Shown piece by piece: positions 37,626 to 50,586 of a stretch of 64,000 nt of DNA. Origin of the DNA: Spheniscus humboldti (taxonomy: Eukaryota); contig CM049887.1 of the NCBI GenBank assembly GCA_027474245.1, positions 20,751,762 through 20,815,761 on the forward strand, written 5' to 3'. Made by a program: the position numbers and the translations under genes. How positions within the stretch are numbered: the first letter of the stretch is position 1; every line of letters starts with the position of its first letter. The notes under the pieces are model-generated. The model did not search any database. It was not told where the DNA came from and was given only the letters and a program-made list of their open reading frames with translations.

Positions 37626-38373
37626 GCAGCGATGCAATTTTAAACCAAATCTTTTGGTTGTTGAGAGCTGCCTTCTGTTGATTAAGTTCCCGAAGTGGTT
37701 TTGAGGTGTACCCTCTGAATGCCTTTCAGACAAAACTAAACTGGGCACTGTGCTTCAAATAAGCTTAGTGGAGGCATTGGTTTTGGCTTCTGTCTGAACC
37801 CCCCCAGTCATAAGGCCCTCTAGCTTGCACTTACCACTCAGTTACCACTGAAGGGCTCCGAAACCCTAGAAAGCCCGTGACATGCTGAGGAGCTCATGTG
37901 CTATATAAAGAGCTCAGTGCTCTGTATAGTGTTCTCATTTACACTGATAATTATCATTCTCATCAGTTTTTAAAATAACTTTACACTCATAGGCATCCAA
38001 GAAAGTAAATATACATTGATGACATTTTAATTGCTTAAACCAGATGCTGCTGTTATATTTTGTTGTCATAAATTCTACTCCTGTTTAAATAAAACTTTTC
38101 CAGTCTCTCTTATCTTAGCATAGTTTGTCACAAATGACATGCAGATGATTTTCATTCCGGTTGTTTTACAGACAATTTAGGTTGACACTGCTGAGAAGAG
38201 AAGCAGTCCCCCTACTTCCATCTCTTCCCTACCTCTCCATCACTTCCACTGCTACACTACTCCTTTTTGTAAATCTTTGTCATAGGCCAGAGGGTGAATT
38301 CAATCAGAAAACAGATCTGGATTAAAACTAGCCTCTTGGGTTTGCGAATTTTGGGGTTGTTTAGGGTGTTTGG

Positions 38374-38396
38374 TTTTTTTTTTGGGGGGGGGGGGG
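38374..38396. repeat. T10 G13 homopolymer junction
   Basis: Direct reading: tttttttttt followed by ggggggggggggg, about 500 bp upstream of the PARP4 first coding exon. Confidence 0.8.
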
Positions 38397-38906
38397 AGCA
38401 TTGCTGTGTTGGGTTTAATCTGGATCAGTTTTCCAAAGTTCTTTTGAAATGTTGTGAGATGGGGTTTTTTACATTTACAGATTATAAATCAGTGAGTGGA
38501 AACATGAAGAGCAGTTTACATTCTTGAAAAAGAGAGTTATTTTATAATGGTACTGTGTGAAAGGGGAACTGAAAGAGAGGTTGTTACAGTTTAAATTAAG
38601 ATAATTCCACATTACTAACAGTGGGTGTTAGCAGCAAGAGATCAAGACGAGTTTGGCAGTTAGTTCAAGCCATGACTTCACTGGAAAGATAGGTCACACT
38701 AAATTTTCCACATAATTAAAAAAAATGAATAAAACTGATTAAGAAATGTTCTGAGTGGATTTGATTACCATGCTAATAAAATGGGATTTGTTTTGGAAGT
38801 TAAGAGTTGCAAAGAATATATTTGGTGAGAGACTGCTTAGGTGGGTAGCGGGAATGAAAGTTTTCTCAGCCAAAAAACTCAGTAAAATTCTTTTCTCTTT
38901 TAACAG

Positions 38907-39039
38907 GAGGGCAATGGCAATCTTTGCAAACTGTGTGTTCTTTATTAAAGTTAAATACTTAGCCATTCAGGAAAAGAGCAGGCTGAAAGCATGCATAAAA
39001 GAAAATGGTGGAGTAGTTAATTTTGTGCTTAATCACAAG
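38907..39039 (+). CDS. PARP4: PARP4 first coding exon. ATG at 38914: MAIFANCVFFIKVKYLAIQEKSRLKACIKENGGVVNFVLNHK (BRCT domain)
   Basis: Acceptor aacag at 38905-06 and donor AAG|GTAAGT at 39039/40. Matches the human PARP4 N-terminus MVMGIFANCIFCLKVKYLPQQQKKKLQTDIKENGGKFSFSLNPQ. Confidence 0.85.
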
Positions 39040-41685
39040 GTAAGTTCCAGATTTATTTCTGAGATCTCAGTAGGAAAATATCAAGTGGTGCAAGTGTTGT
39101 AGAGTGTTCATCTTGCCACATGTAGAGAAATAAGAACTGTAGAGATGATGTCTGTTCAATATTTAAATGGAAATACTCGGTTTATGTTTTTAATGCATCT
39201 GGCTCTGTAGTACTGAAATGTCACATAAAAAATCAAGAGTAATATTCTCCCTCCACAGAAGAACCAGGGAGTTTTTTTCCCTGGATAAAATTGCCATGCT
39301 GCTTTTCTTCTCTTATTGTCAGAGAGAGGAGACTGAATAAGGAGATGCATCACTGAATTGGGTTTTGGTTATGTTATTGTTAATGCAAGCATTTGATTGC
39401 AGAGTGAGGAAAAGATGGTTGTAGACTTAGAAGTCTGTGATATTGCAGGTTTTTATTTAAATACAGCTTTTTATTTTGAATATATACTGAACACACAGCG
39501 TGGATAAATCAAGAAGCCTGTTTGCATGACACGCACAGCAATGAAATCAGTGGGCTGCATCTACAGTGGTACGTTACATGCCTAGGAGTGTTTGCAGGGG
39601 CTGTGGCCAGCTGGCATGGCTTGGCCGACACCTATGCTACTGAACTCTCTTTGTCCTCAGGACTGACTGTTCATATCCAGACTGCCTAATGGGAATGGTC
39701 ATGGTGATGATCTGTCTCCCAAACCATGCCTGGAAACTGGGAGGATATGAGTTGGCAGAAGCTAGAAGTGTGCCAAGGAACATGCTAATGCCTTAATAAG
39801 TATTCACATGCCAGTGACAGGGAATTATCTAACATTATCTAACTTAATAGTGAAGGCATAATACCTTGTTACTTCTGCCAGTTGAAAGTGACATTTTGTC
39901 CTTCCCATAGCTAGTAATTACAGCAAGCTCATAAATATTGTCATATTAGAGTGCTTACTTCTAATCCACCTTGGGGAGAAGGTAATGCATGGTATTATGA
40001 TTTCAATTTTTTGTTTTCTCTGTATACAGTTTTTTAATTTCGAGAAGAGTATGATTAAGTGAGTTAATTTCTCCCTCTCTCTCTTGTGTAGTGTTTCCTA
40101 ATGTAACATTGGGTGAATTACTTTAAATCCTACTGTTATGTATAGCTCCCATAGGTGATTGTCATTCTACAAACAGCAAAAATTGTATATGCTGTCCTCA
40201 AGAGTCTGCAGTTTAAATTGTGCATAATATAAGGTGTTGACATTGAAGGAAAAAGAAAGGAATGTGTGAAGAAAAGGAATATTGCAGGTACATTATCATC
40301 TTGTTCAGAGCCCAATAGTTTCCTGGTGACTCTGACAATGCAGATCTGTTTAGGAGAGAAAGTGAAGAATTGAAGAATAACATATCAAGGTCTAGCAAGA
40401 GTATTCCAAAGATATGATAGATTTCTTTGTGCTGTAAATTCAGGATCTTCCGAGATGTGTTGACGCATCTCTTTGTGGTGGCTATGATCTTGTAAAGAAG
40501 CAATGGGTGGACAATAATTAAGGCTCACATTTATCCCATCAAACTGCTCATCTCTAGATATGATTTGGGGAAAAAAGTCAAGGAAATTGTCCCATAAAAA
40601 CAATAAGCTTTAAAAAAAGTTTTGCTAAAAAAATTAATTATTGAAAATAGCAAATGAACTAAGAGTTAATGCAGTACAAATATGTATTAATTGAAATCTG
40701 TATTTTGAATCATCTTTATAAATACAGTGGGAAGAGAGATATTCCAATACCTAAAATTTGTGAGCTCTAGGATGCTGAGAACAGCTAACAAGTGGCCAAC
40801 CTGTTCAGGGTACATCTTACCCAAGCTTCAGAAGTTACGTTACGATTAAGGATTAAAAAGAACCTCAGAACAGATCTGGGCTCAGTGCTTCTGTATCAGG
40901 GAAGAGCTCTTATTTTTAAAGCTGTACTTTTGTCATATGTGACAAATAAAAGTACATGCATTTATCATCCTGTTTCCAAGTAAAGTTGATCTAATTTCAT
41001 TCTGATGCAATAACTTTTCATTTATCTGTGTCAATCAGTTCTTGCATGCTTAATGTTAACTGTTTGAAGTACAAAATCTGCTGCCTCTTACTTATGACCA
41101 TTTTATTTGATTTGACTTCTCTAAACATTTTTATTTTGTCCTAACTATGCAGAAGGTTTTCACTTTCAGCATATATATATATCATTCCAGTAAAACAATA
41201 TATGATTCTTTATAAGGCTACTAAAGCATATTATGATTATTCAGCATTCTGCCCAGCTTTTTTTTTAACACTCTTACCCCAAATAGCTTTGGGTTTGTAC
41301 CATGTTGGCCACAACAGAACTGGGCCCATTATTGGACCTCCTATGTGCTGCTAAAAGCTCTACAGAACATTAGGCACTTGGTCACCTTCATATCTTTGTA
41401 GTTACTGTAGAAAAGTGGACACAGTCTGAAGATATCCGTATTTTAGTTGAGCTGAACTGTCACCTGAGAAAGTCCTGCTCTCTCTGCTGTCTATGGATGA
41501 AGTGCTGAATACCATGTTTCTAAATTAGATGTTTCAATTAAAATATGGTCCAAAAAGGTAGTCTGTTTTTTAAATGTTTCCTTTGGACTCTAGGATTGTA
41601 CCACTATGAATTGCAGATAAACAGTATTTGGATTAATATTGTAGTTATGTGTGCATAGCAACTGTAATTGTAACCTGTCTTTCAG

Positions 41686-41881
41686 AGTACACATGTTCTT
41701 GTGGATACTGCTGATGTCCTCAGCTGTCATGATCTAAAAAATAGTCAGAAGTATCAGCTCCCTGTTTTCTATGCAGATTTCATTTGGAAATCAGTTGAAA
41801 AGGGGAAGCTTTTACAGATTGATGCATATAAGGTTAATAAATCGCAAGATGACACTTCTGACCAAAGGCCAGACAGACAGG
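41686..41881 (+). CDS. PARP4: PARP4 coding exon (STHVLVDTADVLSCHDLKNSQKYQLPVFYADFIWKSVEKGKLLQIDAYKVNKSQDDTSDQRPDRQ)
   Basis: Acceptor tttcag at 41684-85 and donor G|GTAGGT at 41881/82. Matches human CTHIILDNADVLSQYQLNSIQKNHVHIANPDFIWKSIREKRLLDVKNYDPYKPLDITPPPDQ. Confidence 0.85.
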
Positions 41882-43364
41882 GTAGGTATATTTGACATAT
41901 CTGATTCATCTATCAGTTACTTCGGGAAAGAATGTTTTAGAAGATGAATATTTAGAATCAGCTTTTAAGAAATCAGCAACCATGGAAACTGGCAATAAAG
42001 TTGATTAAAAAACCCCAGATTTTTTCAGAAAAGAAATATTAGTTCCATTCTGTGGAGTCTTTCCAATGATTTTTTTTTTTTCCTTTTAATGAAACTTCAA
42101 ATAAGACTTCAAGTTGGAAATGTGGACGAAATATCAAAAATAGCAAAAAAAGCTACTCCAATGACTGTCTTTATTTGACTCCACTGGAAAAAAATTACAG
42201 TAACCTGGAAGTTTTAGTTAATTTCAACAGAATGCAGTGGGTTTTCAGTGCCTTTGTATGTGGAAGTGTTATGTTTTGAAGTCAAAATTATGAGAAAATA
42301 AGATAGCTAGAGAACAGGTTAACATGGGTTAGAAATATTTAATGCAACATAATTAACACAGAAGAACTTCAAGCATTCCAATACGTAACATGGTTCACAT
42401 GCAAACAACTATAACCCTGTGTAGAAGGAAAAAAGCCAAATGTTCATTTTAATGCTGTGAGACAAGCCAAAGAACGTGAAAGAGATGAGAAAGATAATTC
42501 TTTTTAATGTGTACAGTCAGCAAAGAAGTTATCATCCTGAAAGTTATTAGTGTTTTAATTCTCTTTTTTTCTTCGCAGTAACTACGCTTTTTATTTCCTT
42601 TTACTTTCGCATCTCTTGCATTTTGCTGGGTGCTAGTCCTTCCTTTAAGTATTTTTAAAAGTAATTACTTTTGACATAATACATTTTATTTTATGAACTT
42701 TCTCATGTCATGAATCAGTACAATTTTCAGAACTATATATAAGAATGAGAGTCAGGACCCGTGCATTTGTACGTTTGCTGTGTCATTGAGTCGGTTAGAC
42801 AAATCTGATTTTGCACAGCAGAGGCCATGGGCATGCATGGCTGAAGCTGGGTAGATCCATTCAGTAGCACTCCTAAAAAATAGTTTTAAGCTAAAAGTAA
42901 AACTGCATTCATACACTTTATCTATACAACTTTAAAAAAAAAAAAAAGGCAAACGAACCAAAGAAACAAAACCCCCCAAAACTAGTGTGAGCCATGGAGG
43001 AATAGTTCTCAGGCTCTGTGGTCAAGTGGCACAGTGTAGCTCTCAGCTATGTGCCCTAATTCTTTTTCCCCTTCCTGTCACAGAAGTCAGGGTGGCAAAG
43101 TGCCTGGAGGGAATAAGCACTGGCACAGCTCAGGGAGGTACTAATTCTAGCAGTGAGGCAGTTGGGGCAGTTGCCCTTCAATACTTGACTCTGTATCCTG
43201 CCAGTTATATGGCTGAATGAAATGAGACCTTAGAAGTTGTTAACTTGTTTCAACGTGTAAAATATTTATGAATATTAAATGGTAGTATTGTTTTTATTAA
43301 CTATTCATAAGTTAAATTAGAGAAACCAGATATTATACCAAGATATTATATGTTTTGACTGCAG

Positions 43365-43485
43365 ATGTGGAAGACCTGTCATCTGCTGAAAATAAACATG
43401 CCACAAAGAAAAATCAAAACGATTCCAACCTTACTGTTATTGAAGACAGTGGGAGAAGAATTGAGTCCAAAGTGGGGACTCTTAG
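43365..43485 (+). CDS. PARP4: PARP4 coding exon (DVEDLSSAENKHATKKNQNDSNLTVIEDSGRRIESKVGTL)
   Basis: Acceptor ctgcag at 43363-64 and donor AG|GTAAAA at 43485/86. Phases link both neighbours (G+AT=D; AG+A=R). This is a low-conservation linker region. Confidence 0.6.
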
Positions 43486-44604
43486 GTAAAATAAAATAAA
43501 AGATACGTTTTGCTACATCTATGTTGATGTTTCTGTAAATTGGGGGGGGGGACGACACACACCCAAACCCCCCAAAAAACCCACTTCCCAATGTGTTATA
43601 GTGACTTCTGGAGATGGCTCTTATTATCTTAATAATATAGTGGAAGATAAAATTCTTTTTTCTTAATTTTCTGTATTCTGTGTGTATGAATTTATAATGG
43701 CTTCTTTTTCTTTTTTTTTTTTACCTTTGGACCTGCCTGTGTAAATTGATTTTATATTTTTCCATCTCAGTGTACACCTACAGTCCAGCTCCCTAATACA
43801 TGCAAAGCTTCTACCAACTCAGCAGGTGTTAGTATGGCTCAAGCTTTACGATTTTCTAATTGGAGCTCTGTTTATCATCACAATTTTTTTCTTTTCTTGG
43901 TTCACATGGGTCTTTGCAATCCAGTCCAATTCATTGTTTCTAGAAGTGCTGAGCATCTCTTCCTCCCATGAAAATTCCTGGGAGAGCTGAAAATCAAGAT
44001 GACTGAGACTGCTCTTATTTGATAGGGAAGCAGTATTGTTATAACTGTTTCTAATTATTGAGTTAAAGGAACAAAACCAGCCCTAACATTCTTAAATCTA
44101 TTAACAAAATGCAGCTTTCACTTTTAGAGACTGCCGTTCAGTCATAGGGTAGGTATTTAGTTACTCTGTGGGAATGTACTAGAAGTTACACTTGGTCTAA
44201 AAGTCCTGATGCTGAAGGATATGACTACACCTATATATTCTAATGTGAAAGTCAGGAATAAGGAAGGAATTGGCCTCAGACAGTACAGGTAGCTGACCAA
44301 GCTATTAAAAAATTAACATGTAACCAGGCAATGAAAATACATTTATCGTGTTGCTTCCATAGTTTTTCTAAAGAATGAAGATTGAAATCTAGTCTTCAGG
44401 TTCACACTAGACATTCTGGCCTGTTAGTGCAGCAGCTTGTCCGGGTGGGATTTCATTTCTCAAAACTTCTTTTGTTGTTATTTTGCCGCTGAAAAATAGA
44501 TTTATCTTCTTATCTTAGTTCCTACTTTAGTATGAAGTTGCAGCCTATTACAGTACAGTATTTACTGGGCATATGTGATTTTAATTACTCCGATTCTATT
44601 CCAG

Positions 44605-44683
44605 ATTTTACAGTGAAAATGGTCAAGATATTCCTTTTTTCCCCCAAGATTTTGAAGTTGCAAAATACAGTGTCCTTGAAAAA
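44605..44683 (+). CDS. PARP4: PARP4 coding exon (RFYSENGQDIPFFPQDFEVAKYSVLEK)
   Basis: Acceptor ttccag at 44603-04 and donor AAA|GTAAGC at 44683/84. Matches human EFGMQNVEIPHLPQDFEVAKYNTLEK. Confidence 0.85.
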
Positions 44684-45254
44684 GTAAGCCTTTCTGTTAT
44701 TGTGAGAAAATGTAGGAGGATCAGTAGATGAATAAAAAGTTTACAGTTTTATACACATCAACAGTAACTCTTCTATGTTACCATGTGCTGCAATGCAAAG
44801 AGGAGTATTGAAAAGTACTTTAATGCTTTCTGTCTTTCAGTGCAGCCTAATTTTACCCAAATAAAACTTTTCGATTACCGCTGTAGTGTTCTCACCAAAG
44901 TATTGCAGTAGAATAATATGTTTGCTTCTGACAAGATATATATTATCATGGCTGTTACGTGTTAAATCTAATTTAAATTTTAAACTTTTTTTATTAAAAA
45001 TCTTTCAAAACACAAAAATGATGGAAATGTACAGCAATCAGTACAGTGAAGCCCTGAGAGGAGCTTCTGCTTGTTACTATGATACAAATAATAAATAATT
45101 CTGCTTCTTTTCTTAGCCAGTCATAGTGTGTGATTCTAAATGGGGTGAAAAAATAAGTAGGACAAGGGGAAGTACTTGGTGCAATATCATGTGAATGAAA
45201 CATACTTAAGCAATAAATTGGGGGTTGGGGGGCTTCATTTATCTCTCCATTTAG

Positions 45255-45368
45255 GTTAACTCCAAGGGAACCAAAGATTTTGTAGTTATTGAATTACAGT
45301 GTTCCCAAAAGCATTACAAGTTTCCGTTTCGACTGTATGCACACTTCAGTGCATCAAATGGCACAAAG
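45255..45368 (+). CDS. PARP4: PARP4 coding exon (VNSKGTKDFVVIELQCSQKHYKFPFRLYAHFSASNGTK)
   Basis: Acceptor catttag at 45253-54 and donor AAG|GTATGA at 45368/69. Matches human VGMEGGQEAVVVELQCSRDSRDCPFLISSHFLLDDGMET. Confidence 0.8.
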
Positions 45369-46119
45369 GTATGAACCACTCATTGATTTTTTGTTTCTTT
45401 ATACACGTTGAACGTACCTGTTCCAGAGACCTTCAGATGCTTTTCGTTCTTATTTGCAGGCTAATCCTTAGATATAGATAATAGGAGGTCATTCTGTTAA
45501 GCTTTATCATAAAAAGTTTGATTTATAGTTGGCTCCTCTACTCTGTGTGTTTGCTTACAGCTTGTTCAAAAGAACTGTTTTGGGACACAGCATGATCCTG
45601 GATGCACCTGCCTCATACTCACATATATTTTCCTGGCAATAACTAAACTGTATAGTGACATGTTTACATGCTGAAATGCTATAGCATGTGATATTCTGGA
45701 CATACTTTTGAGAGACAGAAAAGCTTGTCTTGAGGGCAGCCTAAATGTATTTCTCAGCATACAAGTTATATATGCAGTCTGGTATAGTGCTTGCAGTCTA
45801 TGTCATTGTAATAACATTAGATTCAAGTCAACGGAGCTGTATCCAGGGTGAATTTTGAATAGTTTGATTGATAGAACAAGTTATTCCAGCACACATTTAG
45901 ATGAACCTATCTTGTCACTGTGGGGTTTGTACATGGAGCCCTGTGCTTGTTCTTCCTGTCCCATGAACCGTCATGAAAGCACTGCCTTGCTGAAAGCCTG
46001 TTAAATCACAACCCAGAAGTTAAGTGTGGAGTGTCAGCTGTTAGAGCAGTGTCTGGTAAAATTGATTCTTTAAGTCTCTATATAGTTTCTTTGACTAACT
46101 TCACTCTTTCAATTTACAG

Positions 46120-46264
46120 AATAATAAACAATTCGTAACTAACTGCTGAAGAAGTAAGAGAAAAGTACGAGACTTTTATTGCAGACTTGAAGAGCCAGGA
46201 TTTCCTGCTCAAAGAAACTTTTCCACCAGAAGCAGAATCTTTAGCTTCTACAAAATTGCAAAAG
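46120..46264 (+). CDS. PARP4: PARP4 coding exon with an apparent +1 frameshift: NNKQFVTN / AEEVREKYETFIADLKSQDFLLKETFPPEAESLASTKLQK
   Basis: Acceptor ttacag at 46118-19. The first 8 codons are in the expected phase (NNKQFVTN, human RRQFAIKK). The rest matches human only in the +1 frame (EEVREKYETFIADLKSQDFLLKETFPPEAESLASTKLQK vs ...EYFENYIEELKKQGFLLREHFTPEATQLASEQLQ). The shift coincides with a tandem AACTAACT at 46137-46144. The phase-0 join to the next exon requires a GC donor (AAG|GCTTGT at 46264/65). Confidence 0.6.
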
Positions 46265-47604
46265 GCTTGTACAACTTGCATGTTTACACTTTTCTGTCCT
46301 TAATGATTTGTTTTAGTTTCCAATTTTCTGAATGTGGTAAACATTGTCTTGATTATAGTGATACAGCCATAGGTTAAGGGAAACTGTTTATATGTAAATG
46401 TTTTGAAATTTTTTTTTTCAGAATATTGTTTGAATGTTCCCAGTACTTCAACACATTAAAAGCAAACGTAGTCATATTCATTATAGTTTTTTTTTCTCAG
46501 TAGATGCATTATCAACTAATGTGATACCTAAAAAGTTATGTGCTGACATAGCAAACAGAATTGTTGTGTGATGTATGACTTTAATCGTCAAATTATTCTG
46601 CACACTATACAGATGTCACAGGCTTGATGTAGAGCATATTGGAATCAGTAACAGGATTTCCCCCAATGGCAATAGCAGTTGGATTCTGCCCCCTTAAATA
46701 CTCTTCAGACAATGTTTTACTGCTATTTAAAATGGTTGTAGTGTGACAGAAATTTTTTCCCATTTACGTTCTCACTGTACTTTATCTACTTCTCTCTTTC
46801 ACCATGGTTAGCTTCTATTATAGGGCACAACTGGCACATAGATTATATCCAGCAATGTTGAAAGGCCCACATATGTCCTCTAGTGATCTCAGAAGCTGTG
46901 TGGTTGATGCCCTATAAACAAGTAATGTAGAATGTCCAAACTTGTGTGAGAATTGTTTAATGGCATCAAGTTTAATGGCAGCTTGTGCAGTTGTAGAACA
47001 GTGAGAAAAAGCTCCAGTAAATGTTTTAACAATGTTCCTCAGAAGAACATGAGAAAATCTGTTTTCACAACTCTCTCTGCTGTATTGATTTTCATGGCCT
47101 CTCTATTCTCCTGTAGCTTTGCTGCTCCAATTTTTTATTTTCACAGTAATAATGTCTTTCCCACCAGAGCTTTCTGAACTAGAGATCTAGTGTAATTTGT
47201 TAGAGATGTTATAAAACTGGCCATTTTGAACCATCTGTTCTTTTACCAGCTGTGCAAAAAAGGAAATGGCTGGGGTGTGCAGACTATTATGTCCATGTAT
47301 CTGATAGTACAATATACTGATAAAGGTATCAAGTAAATCAACTTCTGTCTTCTCCAAGACTTTATGTCTCTGTTTTCAAGAGAGGTCGTGGCCATGCAGC
47401 CTGCCGTGCTCTCCACTTGAAAGAATTTATAAAAGCAAACCTTCCCTTCAGTTTGATGAGACTGAAGAAGTTACACTAAGCATGAATGAGCATTGTGCAC
47501 TTTATTGTTTATGGGAATAGGAAAGTTTAATTATCTGTGTAAGAACTTCACTGCCATGACTTGCATCTTTGTCTTTTCACTGAACTGTGTTTATTTTACT
47601 ACAG

Positions 47605-47742
47605 TTACTTCTAGAAGAAGCCATCCATTCAAGTGCTATATGTCAGGAAGTTAGTGATTTTGTGGAACTGATCTGGGCAGAAGCTATCGGCCACCTGCAT
47701 AGTTTACTACTTGAATCAGTAAACAACATAAGCCTAAATGAT
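47605..47742 (+). CDS. PARP4: PARP4 coding exon (LLLEEAIHSSAICQEVSDFVELIWAEAIGHLHSLLLESVNNISLND)
   Basis: Acceptor tactacag at 47603-04 and donor GAT|GTAAGT at 47742/43. Matches human LLLEEVMNSSTLSQEVSDLVEMIWAEALGHLEHMLLKPVNRISLND. Confidence 0.85.
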
Positions 47743-49737
47743 GTAAGTTAATTCTTTTTAATCTGTGAGGATGAATACATAAATGCTGTTAGAAGTAATT
47801 TTTTCCCAGCAAACATGTCTGTTGTGTTTCAGATTGGGATTGGTAATTACACTTTTGATACTCTTGTACTTCAAGAAATCCATGCTTCAGAAATTTTTGT
47901 CTCAAATTTTGCTTTAGAATCATGACACTAAAATCATGCTGTACTCCCTAGGACAGATGGCTGTCTTTTCCATTTCATAGCAATTTACACAATTCTTATG
48001 GGAGGATCCCTTGCATGAGATAAGTCAAGTCACATAAGAAGATAGGCATAGAAGGCAGTGCATAATAGCAGGTTACTGTCTCCTGCCAGTGTGCTTCAGC
48101 CATACTTTAGTCAGCCATTCTCTTTTAATGGAAAAATAGTTTTAATTATAGTCCCTGTCTGCATTATCAGATGACACATGTAATTAACACACAGCTACTG
48201 TTCAAGGCCTTTGGATATTACAGCTGTTACTCTTAATAACTGCCTATCCACCCCTTTGTTAAGTCTATGGTTTATTTAATCCCGCTTGCCCACATACCTC
48301 AATTCTTTTGCTTTGCTCCGTTGGAGCAAACCAGGACAGCATTTAAGAGGATAATGTTTATTCATGTAATTTAAGTTCATATAACTTAACAAATGGCCAA
48401 CTGTTTAAGATGAGAGTTTTGTTCATCTCTGTTATCACTGAAGGCAAAATTACCTGAAGATTATGTTGGTTTTAAATTGGAAGAGCTTTGCCAGTAGAAG
48501 GTCCCCAATTTTGGAATTACTTTGCCCTAAATCTTATTACATGAAACTCACTGTTGATGCTCTTCAACTGATCTATGGTAGAAGAGTATTCCTTTCACTT
48601 TTTGATGTGGAAATAATACACAGTTATGTAGGTTCTGGTGAGTAAGTAGTACATTAGTAATATTGTATATGTGAACGTGGAGACGTAGTGAGTGCATCGC
48701 GTAAATCAGCAAAGACATAAGGAAATGCTGTTTGTGGTAAATGCTTTTTATGAGGTGCAATTGTTTGGATATTAAGATTCCTAACATATTTCAGGTAGGT
48801 GAAATTTGATAAAATTTGATAAATAATGTTCAATCATTGGTAGCTTTTGCAAGAGCTGAACCATAGACCTAAAAGACTCTGTATCTCAATGCATCGATCT
48901 GTAAGAATATGATAAAACTGTTTTCGCTAACTCTTCCCACTTATAATTAATTTGCAAGAGAAATAGCATTTGTATTGAAAGAAAAAAAACCTCTGGATTT
49001 TTGAAACACAGTAATTAAGAAGTGGGTTGCTGTTCAGTTAGATTAACCCTCTATTTTTTTCCCAAAGGCATTTGTGAGACAGAGACCAGTCTTGGATCAA
49101 TGATGAACTGCAGTAAGACGTTGCTATGCAGCCTCTAATGTCAACATTTTACTAGCTGTTGCCTGTGGTTCATGTAAATTAAAAAGCATTTTGCCTTTTT
49201 CCTCCTGCCTTGAGAAGACAAAATAATATAGAGCATTCTGTGAAAAATTTCCAATTGAGAAGGAATATACAGATACAAGCAAATCTATATCCTGTCTGTC
49301 TGGACAAACTGTCTAAAATTAATCATTGCTTTCATTTCATTTGTAGGTTGCACTTTATAAATAGGACTTCTCTATGTATTTTAGGATGAACTTGTGCACT
49401 TAGACATTTAGTAAGAAATTTCTTATCTTCTACTTTCTGTTATTGCGTTAATGCATTAAAGCTGACAATATGAATCAACAAGATGTTAAGGAACATTATC
49501 TGTCAATCTGATTCATATTCAATTTTATTTCAGGGAGGTTATTTTACTGTCTCTTAACTCTGCTTGAGGTACTTTGCAAGTAGCCCAGTATAAGGGCTGA
49601 CTAATATCAAACTTTTAAATACTGTTTTCATATCCTAGCTGCAAGAAAATATTTTGTGGGTATTACACTAACAAGAGTTAGTTTTATTTCAGTGTGGAAT
49701 TAAATGATCTATTTTCAGTATTTACTGCTTTGCGCTC

Positions 49738-50357
49738 TGTCCTGGTTTCAGCTAGGTTAGAGTTAATTGTCTTCCTAGTAGTTAGTATAGTGCTGTGTTT
49801 TGGATTTAGCATGAGAACAATGTGATAACACACTGATGTTTTAGTTGTTGCTAAGCAGTGTTTGTACTAAGTCAAGGACTTGTCAGCTTCCCATGCTCTG
49901 CCAGAGAGGAGGTGCACAAGAAGCTGGGAGGAAGTATAGCCAGGACAGCTGACCCAAACTGGCCAAGGGGTATTCCATACCATATGACGTCATGCTCAGT
50001 ATATAATCTGGGGGGAGTTGGCCGGGGGGCAGTGGTCACTGCTTGGGGACCGACTGAGCATCAGTCGGCAGGTGGTGAGCAATTGCGTCACTTGTTTGGC
50101 TTTTTCCCCCCGGGTTTTTGTTTCTCTCTCTTTTGTTTTACTTTCCATTACTGCTGCTGCTGCTGCTACTACTACTACTATTATTATTATCATCATCATC
50201 ATTATTATTATTAATATTTCAAGTATTAAGCTGTTCTTATCCCAACCCACAAGTTTTCTTACTTTTGCTCTTCCGATTCTCTCCCCCATCCCACCAGAGG
50301 CAGGGGGGGAGGGTGAGCAACCGGCTGTGTGGTGCCAACTGGGATTAAACCATGACA
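49738..50357 (+). mobile_element. Solo LTR-like element (ERV-derived), copy B, flanked by a CGCTC target-site duplication
   Basis: TGT...ACA-bounded, about 620 bp, homologous to 22922-23473 (see copy A). The 5-bp direct repeat cgctc sits at 49733-49737 and 50358-50362. It contains a compound trinucleotide microsatellite. The six-frame ORFs at 49858-50410 are artefacts of the repeat. Confidence 0.6.
50151..50213. repeat. Compound trinucleotide microsatellite (CTG)5(CTA)4(TTA)3(TCA)4(TTA)n
   Basis: Direct reading: ctgctgctgctgctgctactactactactattattattatcatcatcatcattattattatta, inside LTR copy B. Confidence 0.9.
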
Positions 50358-50412
50358 CGCTCTTTCTGCAATTTTGCGATAGCTTTCAGTTTAATAATCT
50401 CTTCTTTTAAAG

Positions 50413-50586
50413 GTGAGCAAAGCAGAAGGTATTTTACTCCAAGTAAAGAATGCAATGGATGAGGGAGCTGTGGAGGTGGCACTACAAGAGATGATGATGG
50501 AATTCTATCAAGTTATACGTCACAAAACTGAAGTAGACTGTAAAGTTTCCAAAAAGCTGTTATCTAGAAAACAGGACCTGTGTCAG
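50413..50586 (+). CDS. PARP4: PARP4 coding exon (VSKAEGILLQVKNAMDEGAVEVALQEMMMEFYQVIRHKTEVDCKVSKKLLSRKQDLCQ)
   Basis: Acceptor ttaaag at 50411-12 and donor CAG|GTAACT at 50586/87. Matches human VSKAEGILLLVKAALKNGETAEQLQKMMTEFYRLIPHKGTMPKEVNLGLLAKKADLCQ. Confidence 0.85.

Noticed and set aside
49858-50410. Overlapping ORFs (up to 130 aa) with poly-Ile, poly-Leu and poly-Tyr translations
   Set aside because: Artefacts of translating the solo LTR and its compound trinucleotide microsatellite in several frames.
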